A stretch of DNA of 45,100 nt, counting the filler, from Jimgerdemannia flammicorona (taxonomy: Eukaryota): assembly GCA_003990765.1 (NCBI GenBank). It is 2 parts of 2 records of this genome, joined end to end, with 100 filler letters (N's around TTAATTAATTAA, not from the genome) between each part and the next. Parts side by side here need not be neighbours in the genome. Positions count along the whole stretch, not along the records: positions 1 to 22,501 come from RBNJ01001262.1; positions 22,602 to 45,100 come from RBNJ01001263.1. One strand, given 5' to 3'. Below, piece by piece: positions 12,421-24,153 of the stretch. The notes under the pieces are model-generated. The model did not search any database. It was not told the DNA's origin and saw only the letters and a program-made list of their open reading frames with translations. Numbering within the stretch: the first letter of the stretch is position 1; each line of letters begins with the position of its first letter. A program made the position numbers and the translations under genes.

Positions 12421-13974
12421 TTTCATATAGAGAGTACTAAGTTCTCTAAGTATATCAGATTCTCTCTAAGATGTATCTCTTAGATTAACTATAAGTTTCT
12501 TATAAGTAAGTTCTACTGAAGTATCTTTTTAAGGTCTTATAGTTCTTAAACTTCTTATCTTTAAACTGTTCTATTGTCTCTTAGATTTGCTTTTATGGAA
12601 TTAAGTAGAGAACTAGAACTTTTATACTCTTGAGTAGTTGAGTACTTGAATGCTTGAGTATTTTAATACTGACTTTATTTCAAAGAAAATGAGAGAAGTA
12701 TTTATATAAAATATAATTTAATAGTTACTAAGATATAAAGCTAAATATAAAATCTAATAATTAAATAAGATATTTAAATATAGAAAGCTTCAGATTGTAA
12801 TTACAAATTTGAGTACTCATATAATTAGTTATACAAGATTAGAATTCTGGAATAATTTCTAATAGTTATATAAGGTCAGAATATCAGAATATTCAAGTGT
12901 TCAAATAAATTAGAGTAGAATGTTCAGATTCTTGGGGGCTTTGTCTTTATTACTGTCATCAAGACTAGAGGTTGAGGACAGGATATCTTCAAAGGAAATA
13001 AGATCAGTGAAAGTTTCTATTTTATTTATTTCATATATATTGATTAGTAAGATAACATTATTACTAGTGATATCATATTTGATAGCAGCAGAAAGGAGAT
13101 CAGAGACTTTTAAATCTATGACTTTTTCCTTCACAAAGTAGAAAATAAAGGTAGAATCTTGAGAGGGTCTGACCTGGATACTAGGGTCTTGAAATACTGA
13201 GATTAATCCTTATAGGAATTGATCTGAATTATTCTTGAGGATGAGATTTCAGAACTCTTCTATCTCATCACTTTTAAGAGTAATAGTAAATTAGACTTCT
13301 GTGACTACTATAGCTTTTAGTGTATTTATGTAGCAGGCTGATAATTTTTTAAAATCTGAGACTCTGGTATATTCTAAGTTGGAGAATGATCAAGATATAT
13401 GTCTGAAGATCTGATGGATCTTTTTGACTACTTTCAATTTATATATATCTATAGAGATAGCATTTTGTATCTCTTAAAAACTGGTCTGAGGAAATTTCCA
13501 GCAAAGGAGATTTTCTATTTCATATTTTTACCACATCTAGAGGTATTTTACAATAGTAGAGATTAAAGTGGTAAGAGTCACTAGTACCTAAGTTGAGACT
13601 AGAGATTCTTCTGATGTAGGTCCTCATAACTCTCCTAATATCTTGAAATATCTTTTCTTAAACTGAGAAGCCTTAGTAATTCCTAGACCTTGTAATTTGG
13701 TAAGTAGTAGACATTTTATTTATAGTAAGTCTTTTGAACTATTTTAGATTTTTATAAGTCTTGTTAGAGTTACTACTACTGTAGTTTTCTAGTCCTTCTT
13801 TTATATTCTTTGAAATATCTATCTTATAGTCATTATGACTCATAGTTAGTCATTATTGCTCATCTTGTAGTCTGGGTGAGTTATGCTATATAATCTTTTT
13901 ATACTCTAATCTAGTGACTTGTAAAAAAAGACTATCTTCTGTATTAATGTCACTATTCTGAGATCACTATTATA
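12421..13974 (-). mobile_element. 3' LTR (~1.55 kb, ORF-bearing) of Ty3/Gypsy family 2, heavily mutated
   Basis: The reverse complement is colinear end to end with 33978-35510 (tataatagtgatc ~ tgtaatggtgacc; ctatatgaaa ~ ctacatgaca). It is preceded by the purine tract gaaggaaga at ~13979-13987. Confidence 0.85.
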
Positions 13975-15936
13975 CATATCTTCCTTCTGAATAAGAATCT
14001 TCTTTTAAATATTCTTATTCATTAGTTTAGTTTGAAAAATTTTCTGATCCTATAATCTCTGGCAGGAAGTCAAAAAGTAGTATTTATAGGCTGGCATCTT
14101 TCTTATATATTTTGGTATAATGATAAAGAGTAGCTTTCTTTATATAGAGCATAGGCCTGATTCTGATCTTGATCAATCAGTTGATGGTTTGAACTTCTCT
14201 AGTTTTGAAAGTCTTATGGATGAGTAGTTGCTAGTATTATATCTCTTAGAGAATGGTCTAGACAGATTGTCTGCTAATTATAGGATATGCTATTATGATT
14301 CACAGACTAGAACCCCATAGGTAGTTATCATATTTTACTTCTTTTATATAGGTTCATGGTATTTCTTAAGTCTGTTCCTATATATTGTAATAGGTAGTAT
14401 GGTCTCTAAGAGTTTTCTAAGCCAGAAGATAGTTCTCTTGATATCTTGTATATAAAAGAGTTCTTCCCATTTGGGCTCCAGTTTTCATGATCATAAGGCT
14501 TCTATTATATTTCAATACAATAGAACCTTTTCTCTGATTTGAATGGATTTTAGGGTCTTGTAATTCTTTTCTACATTCTTTCTTATTAGTACTTATAACT
14601 TGATGATGTAATCTTCTACCTTCTTTCTGATTTGGTATAGTCTCTAGATTTCTGAGTTAATCTATCATCAAGTTAGATCTAGATTTATAACTGAGGTTCT
14701 ATTAGAATCTTCTTTTCTAAAGAGTAGTTCTTTTGGAGTATAGTATATACTCTGTGACTATATATCTTATAAGATGAAAAGAACAATTGAGAGATAGTTA
14801 TCTTAATTCTCATATATCTGAGATCTTGGTCAGAATGTTTTTGAGAGTCTTATTGATTCTTTCTATCTGTCTATTTTCTTAAGGATGATACATAGTAGTC
14901 TTGATATACTGAATCTTATATTTCTGATATATTATCTCATAGAATCTGTTGAAAAATTCTTTGTTGCAGTCTGTGGTGATTTATCTTAGTATCTTATAGT
15001 AGCAGATAATATCTCAGTATAAGAAGTCAGCAATAGAGAGAGCATTGACTTCTTGTGATACTTCTGTTTCTATCCATTTAGTAAAGAGATCTATAATAAT
15101 AATAATATAGTAGTTTCTTAATAGAATTACTAGTAGTAGTCTAATAATATCCATTATAATATAGTGGAAGAGAATATATTCAATTCTTGATAACCTGGGT
15201 ACCTGGTCTTGCTAATCTTATTTCTGTTTTTGATACTTATTACACCCTTTGACAAATTGATATAGGTCTTTTTCCATCTTAGACCACTATATATTTCTTT
15301 TTGTCTTATTATATGTATATATTGATTCCTCTTAAGTATTCTTATTCATATACTTTCTTCATTACTTGATACTTCATGTATTTGGATATAATAAGCTTTT
15401 CTCCTTTTCTGAATAGTGTTGCCTAGTTTGAATTGTTTCTAAGTCTAGTTGATAATAGTAATAGTCTAGAGTTCACATCTTCTACTACCCAAGATAGCTA
15501 ATTAATCTATAATATAGCTTTTTATTCATATTGAATAATCTTGATGAGGGTATTTTGGAGTATTCTTGAGAGTATATCAGTATTGACATTAGTCCTTCTT
15601 GAGTAGTATTTGATAGTATAGTAATACTCTTATAGTTTGTAGATCTATTTAATATATATTCCTTTAGAGTTTAGAGTATAGAATAACCAGGCAAGAGCAG
15701 AATAGTCTGTTTGAATAGTGAAGTATTTTCTGACTAGGTAGTAGTGGAACTTATCTACTATTCAGACTACTGCTAAGTATTTAAGCTTATATAACTTGTA
15801 GTTTTATTCTGCTCTATAGGTATCTTGACTTATATAAGAGATGTCATATTTATGTCTATCTTTCTTCTAAGCTAGTACTGCTCTAAGTCCTATAGCACTT
15901 CTATCTATTTATAAGATGAACTCTAGATTTCAATCT
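13975..15936 (-). pseudogene. Ty3/Gypsy family 2 pol relic: RNase H - integrase, then a short 3' region and PPT
   Basis: Minus strand gives EFIL..D.SAIGL.AVLA, YLAVV..VDKFHYYLVRKYFTIQTDYSALAWL, integrase core segments and KLEPKWE..FYI. Truncated at ~15936 by another LTR. Confidence 0.85.
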
Positions 15937-16664
15937 TATAAGTATAACCTCTAAGCTACTGAAATCACATATTATCCTCCAAATAAGCCATCAAAATCAT
16001 ATATGACCCCTGAATAAATCTGAAAACCACCTATAAGATTATAAAGCTAAGTCAAACCAAAGTCATAGTGCACAAAGCTGAGTCAATATGAAGTCATAAA
16101 ATATAAGATTTATATAAACAAAATCTTACCAATTAGGACTAAATATGTAAGCACATAACCTCCAAGCCACCAAAATTGCATGTCATTCTCAGAACCAATT
16201 TGGAAACCATATACAAGACTACAAAACAAGTTACTAAAGAGATCATCTAGCAAGCATAAGAACCCACTGCTAAGATATAAGAATACCAGAAGAAGTACTA
16301 TAACCATAAGACCAACTCTGAATCTCTATAACTAGTTTGGTATACTGTACTATTACAAAAGGAAATCAAAAGTACCAAAATCAAACCAAGTTAAGAAGAA
16401 CTCTATCTCATCTATCAAAAGATTCATGAACTGCACTTATCAACTCAATACCAAGATACACTATAACTATACAAGACCTTATTACTTAGCAGAAATAAAA
16501 CACATTTGAATAACTTTGTTTACTCTATCTGTGTCATCTCTGTTGGAGAATAATGGATGCTTCATCTGAACTCAAGAAAGCCAACATCATTGAAACCAAT
16601 CTCAAGCTATTCATATGATAGATATTTCTAATAGAAATTGCCTCAAATTATAGAAAATATCATT

Positions 16665-16765
16665 TCCAGGAGGTTTGAACCCCCAGCCATAACATTGGGA
16701 GCCCTTGCTCTAGACAAGGATGGTCAGTCCTTGCAAATGTGCCAGCAGACCAAAAAAAAAAAAAA
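16665..16765 (+). mobile_element. Possible short SINE-like insert with B-box-like motif and poly(A)
   Basis: ggaggtttgaaccccc (GGTTCGAACCC after CpG decay), hairpin ccttg..caagg, and an A14 tail. No clear TSD. Confidence 0.3.
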
Positions 16766-16933
16766 TTAAGACCTGTTATTCTTATACAACTACTACTACT
16801 AAGGATAGCCTTAATCTTGCAAGAGATAGAAGTAACAACACCTTTGAAACTGATGATGTCAGAAGTCAGAAAACTGCTCAGACTTTGCCAGTGATGATGT
16901 TATCAATAGTGATGTCATCAAAGACTAATCAGA

Positions 16934-18146
16934 TACACAGTATTCATCCATGCTCCTTTCTCCACTACCTTACCAATCATAAGATTTAGTAGGCAACCTT
17001 CCAAGTCTCCTTTCCCCTATTCTTACTCTCTCTACCTCAGGTTGGTTTGCTGTGCCTGTATGGGCATAGTGGGAGGAGGGCAATGGTGATGAGTTGCCCC
17101 TTTATTGGTGTCAGATCAGTGTCTTCTCTACTTTTTCACGGTTTCTGATACCTTCAGCACATCTGAAGTACATCTATTTTGGTGCAGCATCTTCTTCCTT
17201 TTGCTATTGTCAACAAGATACTGCCTCAGTATGTCATGGGTTACATAGAGAGTCAGCTGACCTTGGACATCAAGTGCTCAGTGTAGGTTACCTGCAGGTC
17301 CTCAGTATCTGTGGTGGGGTCCTCTAGCTTTGGCAAGCTTCCTGGCAAGTATGGTTCTGGCATAGGTGACTGTTTTTCAGGTATTGTCAAGATGGGAGAG
17401 GAGATGGCCATCACAGATAGGAGGATGGGCGATAATGATGAACCAGTGGAGTGCTAGGCTGGGGGCAGTCATCAGGACTAAGGTAGACAATATTTCGGTG
17501 GGGCCTTTTGATTGGCTGGTGGGGGGTGGGATGGTGCAGAGGCCAGTATTCTGGCTATACCCAACTGAAACCAGGAGCTGATACAGCAATGCAATCGAGG
17601 TCCACAGGCTTGGGGAGTGGGACCTTCCTTATTTGGCAGTACCTGACTAGAACTGGGAGCTAACATAGTAACATAATCAAGGCCCACAGGCTTGGGGAGT
17701 GGGAGTGGGGTCTATTCAGGCCCTAGCCTATGTATAAGTCTTTTGAGAAAGGTGCTGTGTATAAGTCCTTTACTTACCCACTTTGAATCTACTTTGCTCT
17801 CTATTGGTTGGTTGGGGGGTTTTTTTTTATCTTGGGCTTTCTTTGGGGTTTGGGGGGCTATTTTTTATTCAGTCCCAGTGCTGCTAGATCTGATGTATAG
17901 GTGTGCTCTGGCATGTAAATAATGATCCAGCCCTAGTGAGCAGACAAGTCTAGTCTATATCATGGGGTCAATATAGCCAGTGTTTGATAGGTATATGAAG
18001 TAGTGGGACTGCTGGACAATTTAGTAGCCTAGGTTAATGGGGGGATATTGTTCAGTAGGTGGTGGGGGAGGTTTTTGGCCTATATTCTAGATTTCCTTCT
18101 AATAAAAATCTGCAGGACTATGAGTTCATTAAAAAAAAAAAAAAAA
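16934..18146 (+). mobile_element. 5'-truncated poly(A) retroelement (probable LINE 3' end) with 14-bp target-site duplication
   Basis: TSD aaagactaatcaga at 16920-16933 and 18144-18157, aataaa plus A16 tail, and a Cys/His segment FCYCQQDTASVCHGLH. Confidence 0.8.
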
Positions 18147-18629
18147 GACTAATCAGACAGCATCTAAATCTATAAATAGCTTAGCAGTCATAGTATAGTT
18201 AGATTAGCTTTGTACGACATAACTGTGAACTGACTCAGCAATCAGATGATCTCTTGATATATCAGATTACACTTATACTATATGTATAACTGTATTCTGA
18301 CTCAGTAAGGTACTAAGTACTATATCTATATCTAGTATAGTTCAGATAGCTCCTCACTAGTATAAATACCCCCTCCCCCAGACTTCAGAATCTCAGACTT
18401 GAAGACTTGAATAATCTGAACATAACTCCTGAATCAATATCTCTTCATATAACTACTCCTAGTATAGCAATATCATAAATAGTGAATAAACCTATTTAAT
18501 AACCTACAAATTACTCTTAAGTAAATCTGCTCCCCATTAGGTCCCACTTCTAACCCATCACAAAATTTCCTAATTGAGTATTGTCTACAGTGATATACCA
18601 ATTCAACTAAGCTAGTCTTAGTTTCTTAG

Positions 18630-19147
18630 AGTTATGAATGTAGCTCAAACTTCAGCAAAGTAGCCAAAGCCACTATTATGCAATCTTTTAGGTCTTTTAT
18701 GCAATCTTAGCTTAGTGTCAGTTCCCTGCCACACTGTTTCTTATGCAATCTTAGCTTAGTCTCAGTTTCTGTTGCATGGTTTCTTATGCAATATTAGCCT
18801 AGTCTCAGTTCCCTGGCAAGATGTCAGTGGCAAATAGCTTAGCAATGTTTCAGTATATATTATATATAATATCCTCCTGAGCGACTGAGTACACATCGCA
18901 TCTTAACAATCAAGTGCATAGACTACGCCTATATACTTAGTTAGTTTCTGCAATCAGTTTACGCAACCCATCTCACCCTTCCCTTTTGGAGGAGGAACAA
19001 TAAATGTACAGCCCCTTTGCTTTATACAAATGGCGGGCCTGGGAAGTACATGCTTCCATATTCACCAAACTCATCGACCCAGCTTATATCAGCACACTCG
19101 ATTTAGCATAACACATCTCATATACATTTCATGCAAAGGACACTTTG
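18630..19147 (+). mobile_element. Solo A-B terminal-repeat unit of an Ngaro-type element
   Basis: Starts agttatgaatgtagctcaaacttcagcaaag (like A at 27077), contains agcgactgagta..catcgcatct, then B-like ..gggaagtacatgcttccatat.. ending gcaaaggacactttg (like 27648-27660). Confidence 0.75.
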
Positions 19148-19156
19148 TTAAACTTT

Positions 19157-20444
19157 CTGAAATATGGAAAATTCTGAACATCCAGAACTAGTCTGAAAAA
19201 GGACTTTGGTTGAGATGTCAACCCAATCTTGAAATCAATAAGCATAGAGGACATACTCTATATGAAATTGATCTTGACCTTAAGAAAACAGTCTTCTAGA
19301 ATATCCAGAACTTCCAGAAAACCCTTTCAGAACTATATAATAGTTATCCTAAAAAGTAAACTCTCTTACAAAATATATATACTGAGCACTGAGATATATT
19401 GAAACAGAGAACCAAAATGAACTAAACAGATAACCCCAACTCCTGAATATATATAAATATGACCACTGAGATCTACAACTATATTTATGCTGATATTTGG
19501 AATATTATTATCAACTAAGCCACACCCCCTCTACCCCTTATAAATATCTATAGCTTAGCATCTCTCTACTTTGTAGAAGTCTGATGGAATGCCCTGAACA
19601 TATTTAGTAAAGCTCACTAAATCAGACAAATCTTAAGCTACTATTAGATCAGCTACCTCTTGGAAGATATGGTCAAATATTATCATGATACAGATATTAC
19701 TCAGATATCTCAACATTAGAAACTCATTGCCTGCAAACATTGAGAACTCTTCTATAAGTATAGCACTGTTATCCCCTGTCTCTGAGTTATTATTACTGAA
19801 ATAGTCACTACTCTGTTCTATGGCCAAATAGATGACATGATACAAAAACTCAACTATAAGTATCTTGAGTATATTTAGACTACAGACAGAATCTTTCTGT
19901 ATCCTGATGACTATATTCTGTAAATACCTCAAGTCAGATATGTCATGAAGAATGTTTACAATATAATCTAATTTGATGAAGATGAAGCAGAAGACAATGA
20001 TCTCTCTGATGCTGACATGACCTTTAGTCAAGGATCTCTACCAACCCTGATCACTCCACTAACCTTACTAATGAACTTATAATAGTTCATAACTATCTAT
20101 GAGACTTATTGGGACAATGACTACTGGTACAAGTATCAATCTATATTTACTTCTGATTACTTCAACTACAATGAAGAGACTGGAGAATACAACCTATATC
20201 TCCAGACAACTCTTGAGATTAAACTAACAACTCCACTACCCAAGTATGAGCAATATGAACCACAGCTACCAGCTTACTACAATCCAGTAACTCATAGTAC
20301 CATAACTTATAGGAGATATACAGATAGCAAATCTAATAAAAGTGAAGATAATACATCCCTCTTTTGCTCACCAATATCTTATCCAGTATATGAGATAGAT
20401 GATACTATTCTGTAGGATGAAGATGAAGTCCCAATGGGGTTACA
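19157..20444 (+). pseudogene. Long degenerate ORF of unknown function (~430 codons), TE-associated
   Basis: Reading frame SEIWKILNIQN..GLWLRCQPNLE...NMTTEIYNY...NEETGEYNLYLQTTLEIKLTTPLP, broken by stops explicable as C>T. The region ends in ggggttaca. Confidence 0.65.
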
Positions 20445-20899
20445 TAAGAGAGCATTACTGAAAATTTAAAATATTTCAAATTTGGGTGCTAAATTGGAAA
20501 TATTTAAAATTTGTATGCTAAAATTTGAAATATTAAAATTTGGATACAAAATTTCAAATATTTCAAATATTTTTAAAAAAAAAATTACATCCTTAAAGCT
20601 AAAAATTTCTCAACTTTATATTCTTGTAACCTGAAATGCCATTGGCTGAAAGAAAACAATACTATAGTTACAAATATACATTAAATACAAAAATATGTTA
20701 AATTACAAATATATGTTAAATAAAGTTTCTTAAGAAACTATTGAACAGAGGAGAACTCTCTGTGCTGCCACCAAGTCATTCCACACCTATCTTACAAAGA
20801 AACAATTCTCTTGGTCTCAATCTTGACATCTCTATTAATGATGATAACAGTTCTCTATCATCACTATCTACTAATTCTAAAAGAAAGTGAGGTCCCTAT

Positions 20900-21880
20900 A
20901 AGCCAGCAGAGATGAAAAAACTACAGTGAACACAGTGAACACAATAAGAGCAAACACAATAAGAGCAAACACAACAAGAGCAAATACAACAAAAAGAGCT
21001 CTCCAATAATGATGATCCTCTATCACTTTCTCCACCACTGTCTACCGAATTCAAGACCAAGAATTTAGAATATATAACCAAATTACAACAAAAGATTGAA
21101 GAAATCTCAGCAACAGCCATGATAACTAGGACAACAACCTCTACCTTTAATCTTAAGGATAATGATGATAAAGATAAAGGTGAAAATGATGAGAATAGTG
21201 AAGATGACAATAATGCTGAGAATAGTAATAATGTAATATTAGAGTTCCAGTATCCCAATATCAAGAATTCAGTAACAAAACTATAGCCTTATAATCACTT
21301 ACACAGGCTTATCAGTTATATTCAAGAATATATTGACATATATGAAGCAGATAAAGATATACTTTACAAAAGTTGGCTCTACTAAGAAGACATTCCAAGC
21401 TTGATGAAAGTAATATAATTTATATGACAAAAGATGTACAGTATACTGAAGATCTATTATATGGTGCAAAAACATAACAGTTTATCTGGAAGTATATCAA
21501 AGAACTGGGAATAGTATGATATCATGCACAATATATTCCACAAACTTCTCAATGCCACTCCTCCCAAGCTTGTTGATTCTAATAGCAATATTATTATTAG
21601 TAAAAAAAAAAAAAGAAATAATAAGTGAAGACAAATAATGAAGGAGAGATGTCAACAGTATTATGGGAGCTTGCATCAAATATGCTGACTATACAGCAAT
21701 TGAAGAATAAACAGCAATGACAGGAGTAGATTCTAAAGGAGAGAGAGTATGATATAAGGGAAAAAGAGTATGATATAAGAGAAAGAGAGTTAAAGTTGAA
21801 GGAAATAGAGTTGGAAGCAAAACAACAAAGGAAAAAACAAGCATACATATAAGCTTAAAAAATATATATATCAAATGAAA
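20900..21880 (+). pseudogene. Myb/SANT-like (trihelix) DNA-binding protein relic with acidic and coiled-coil regions (Harbinger ORF1-like)
   Basis: KL(W)PYNHLHRLISYI ... I(R)QKMYSILKIYYMVQKHNSLSGSISKNWE(W)YDIMHNIFHKLLNATPPKLVDS, then EREYDIREKEYDIREKELKLKEIELE. Boundaries are approximate. Confidence 0.55.
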
Positions 21881-22158
21881 TATAGAAAGGAAAGGCAGAA
21901 ATTGAACAATGATGATAGCAACATCACTACCAATACTTTTAGCAATAGTAATGAAGATAGATAGAACTTTATGAAATATATATAATAAAAATTTATATGG
22001 TATCTTTTTACAATAATATAGTACTCATACCTGATCATGACAGATTCTTCTCAGAGTAAGCAGCATCTAACTATAAGAGAAAAAAATTAATATCAAAAGC
22101 TATTTGAGTATAAGTATAGAACATATAAAACACATAAATATAAATGGAGAAAATTTAC

Positions 22159-22484
22159 CAATTCAAAATCTCACACAAATGTTCTAGTAATTAGAGATCA
22201 TGCTCTTTGTCAAGAAGACTGTTAGGATTTGCTCCATTAGGCTACACCAATTCTTGGTTAATTTCCCAAGAATATTTGGCAACTCAATACTATCCACATC
22301 AATTAAAATCTACCAATATTGCCCACTGCTGCTTATTCACTAGAATGTTCAGGGACTGCAGGTCAGCAAAGATAATATTATTGCTGTGAAGTATCTCAAT
22401 TGTATTCTTTATGTCTGTGAAGATATTTCTGCAGAGAGTGGTATTATTGATAAAGTTCTTAAGTAGGTTAAGGGGTTTGCTATC
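22159..22484 (-). pseudogene. Fungal protein-kinase-like C-lobe fragment (DFDW type)
   Basis: IEILHSNNIIFADLQSLNILVNKQQWAILVDFN(W)CG....KYSWEINQELV(W)PNGANPNSLLDKEHDL, followed by an intron-like gtaaat...tatag. Cut by a poly(T) run and the gap. Confidence 0.7.
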
Positions 22485-22501
22485 TTTTTTTTTTTTTTTT
22501 T

Positions 22502-22601
22502 NNNNNNNNNNNNNNNNNNNNNNNNNNNNNNNNNNNNNNNNNNNNTTAATTAATTAANNNNNNNNNNNNNNNNNNNNNNNNNNNNNNNNNNNNNNNNNNN
22601 N
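22502..22601. other. Assembly gap with artificial TTAATTAATTAA linker
   Basis: N-run, ttaattaattaa (stops in all six frames), N-run. Confidence 0.95.
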
Positions 22602-22744
22602 ATCTTGACTATTATACCGCTAAACACCAAGAACATTTTGTTGCTTTTAACAAAGTAACTGGGGGCTCAAGCCAAACTACATCAACCCCCAACCTTGTAA
22701 TTTGCCTCCATTGAGCCGGCACGTTACAATATTAATGAATCTGT

Positions 22745-23255
22745 AATAAAAGAAAAATGAAATTGCTGAGGCAGATAGCCAGACACAATATATAACCCAT
22801 AGAATAAAATAAATAATAAAAGGGTAGAATCATCGAGGCAGATAGCCAGACATGATATATAACCCATAAAATAAAATGAATGAAAAGGGAAATATTATTG
22901 CCAAGATAGATAGCCAGACACAATATATAATCCAGAGAATAAAATAAATAAAAATAGAAATATTATTACTAAAGCAGATAGCTAGACATATATATAACCC
23001 ATAAATAAATAATAAATAATAAAGGGTAGAATCATCAAGGCAGATAGCCAGACATGATATATAACCTATAAAATAAAATAAATAAGGGAAATATTATTGC
23101 CAAGGCAGATAGCCAGACACAATATATAACCCAGAGAATAAAATAAATAAAAAGAGAAATAATTATCAAGGTAGATAGCCAGACACAATATATAACCCAT
23201 GAAAAATAATAATAAAAGAGTAGAATCATTGAGGCAGATAGCCAGACATATATAC
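22745..23255. repeat. ~66-nt tandem repeat, 8 copies, two interspersed variants
   Basis: Core aggcagatagccagacacaatatataaccc recurs at ~22769, 22836, 22905, 22972, 23038, 23103, 23169 and 23232. Confidence 0.9.
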
Positions 23256-24153
23256 CTTTGGAGCTCTTGAAGCCATTTGTTTGGATGTAGTAAGCTTTGT
23301 TGGGTTTGGTAGTGGATCAGGCAATTCTTTGGTTGGTGCACAACCAAATGTAGATTTCTTTGCTATTTGCCTGATATGGGTCATTGTCTGAATGTGTGTT
23401 AGGAGAAAGCATGCAGTATATAAGACACAGGTGAAGTAAACAGTAAGAGGTGTAAATCAGAACCAAGATTGCCTCCTGCCCAAGCTCACACTTAAGTATC
23501 TCCCACCACAAGGTAAATACACTGTACAGCAACCATGAGTCTAAGGTGATGAGCTTGTCCAAGTGCTAGGTAGAATGTGTTATATGTGAGGTCGTCAGCT
23601 CGAGGTTTGGAAGAGTGCATCAAGATTTGTGCTTGTTGACATGGGTGGAAGCTGCACATACTGAGTGTCTGGAATGTTAAAAGCAGCATTTTTGGAGCTC
23701 AACATAGGCAACCCAGAAGCAGTTTGGTGCACATTTGAGATGGTCATTGGTCAACTATTATCAGCACCATTAGCTTATCAATCTGCTCAGCACGTCCCTC
23801 TCTAGCATACAACTTTTCTACCCACCAGCAGTTTGTCAACATCTCATGCCTTTGGTGGCTCTTTCATCCCTTATTCGATAGAAAGCTCAAAACCCTCCCC
23901 TGCTTGTAATTTTCTGTGCTTTTGATGTGGGGTGCAAGGGTATGGTGCTAGCTCTTGCACCCAAACTCCGCTCCCACGACCCACATTCACTCAAAAACCT
24001 GATGACCTTCTCTATTCCAATGGTGCTACTAGTTCAGTCTGCTGTCAATTCAACGGCACCTCTGGTTGCTCCAGCAATTGTGGTCAAGCACATGTTTGCC
24101 TTTTCTGCTATGGATCTTATGCTGCCTCAGTGTTCTCTGCTTGCTGTGGCTAA
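23255..24153 (+). pseudogene. Ngaro ORF1 (gag-like) C-terminal part with zinc knuckles
   Basis: CF(R)CGVQG(H)GASSC and VC.QFNGTSGCSSNCG.AHVCLFC.GS(H)AAS. Confidence 0.7.

Larger units (their letters stand above)
15937..18562 (+). mobile_element. Nested chromovirus-family LTR sequences (starts at 15937 and 16146; TATA, AATAAA and a CA end near 18562)
   Basis: 15937-16145 matches 2544-2722. A second TGTAAGCAC start lies at 16146, tataaatacccc at 18361, aataaa at ~18485, and the segment ends ...catcaCA. Confidence 0.6.

Noticed and set aside
22502..22601. TTAATTAATTAA palindrome within Ns
   Set aside because: Artificial scaffold linker; adjacency across it is unverified.
22745..23255. CRISPR-like array (conserved ~30-nt core plus spacers)
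   Set aside because: The spacers are themselves homologous, the context is eukaryotic and there are no cas genes; it is a minisatellite.
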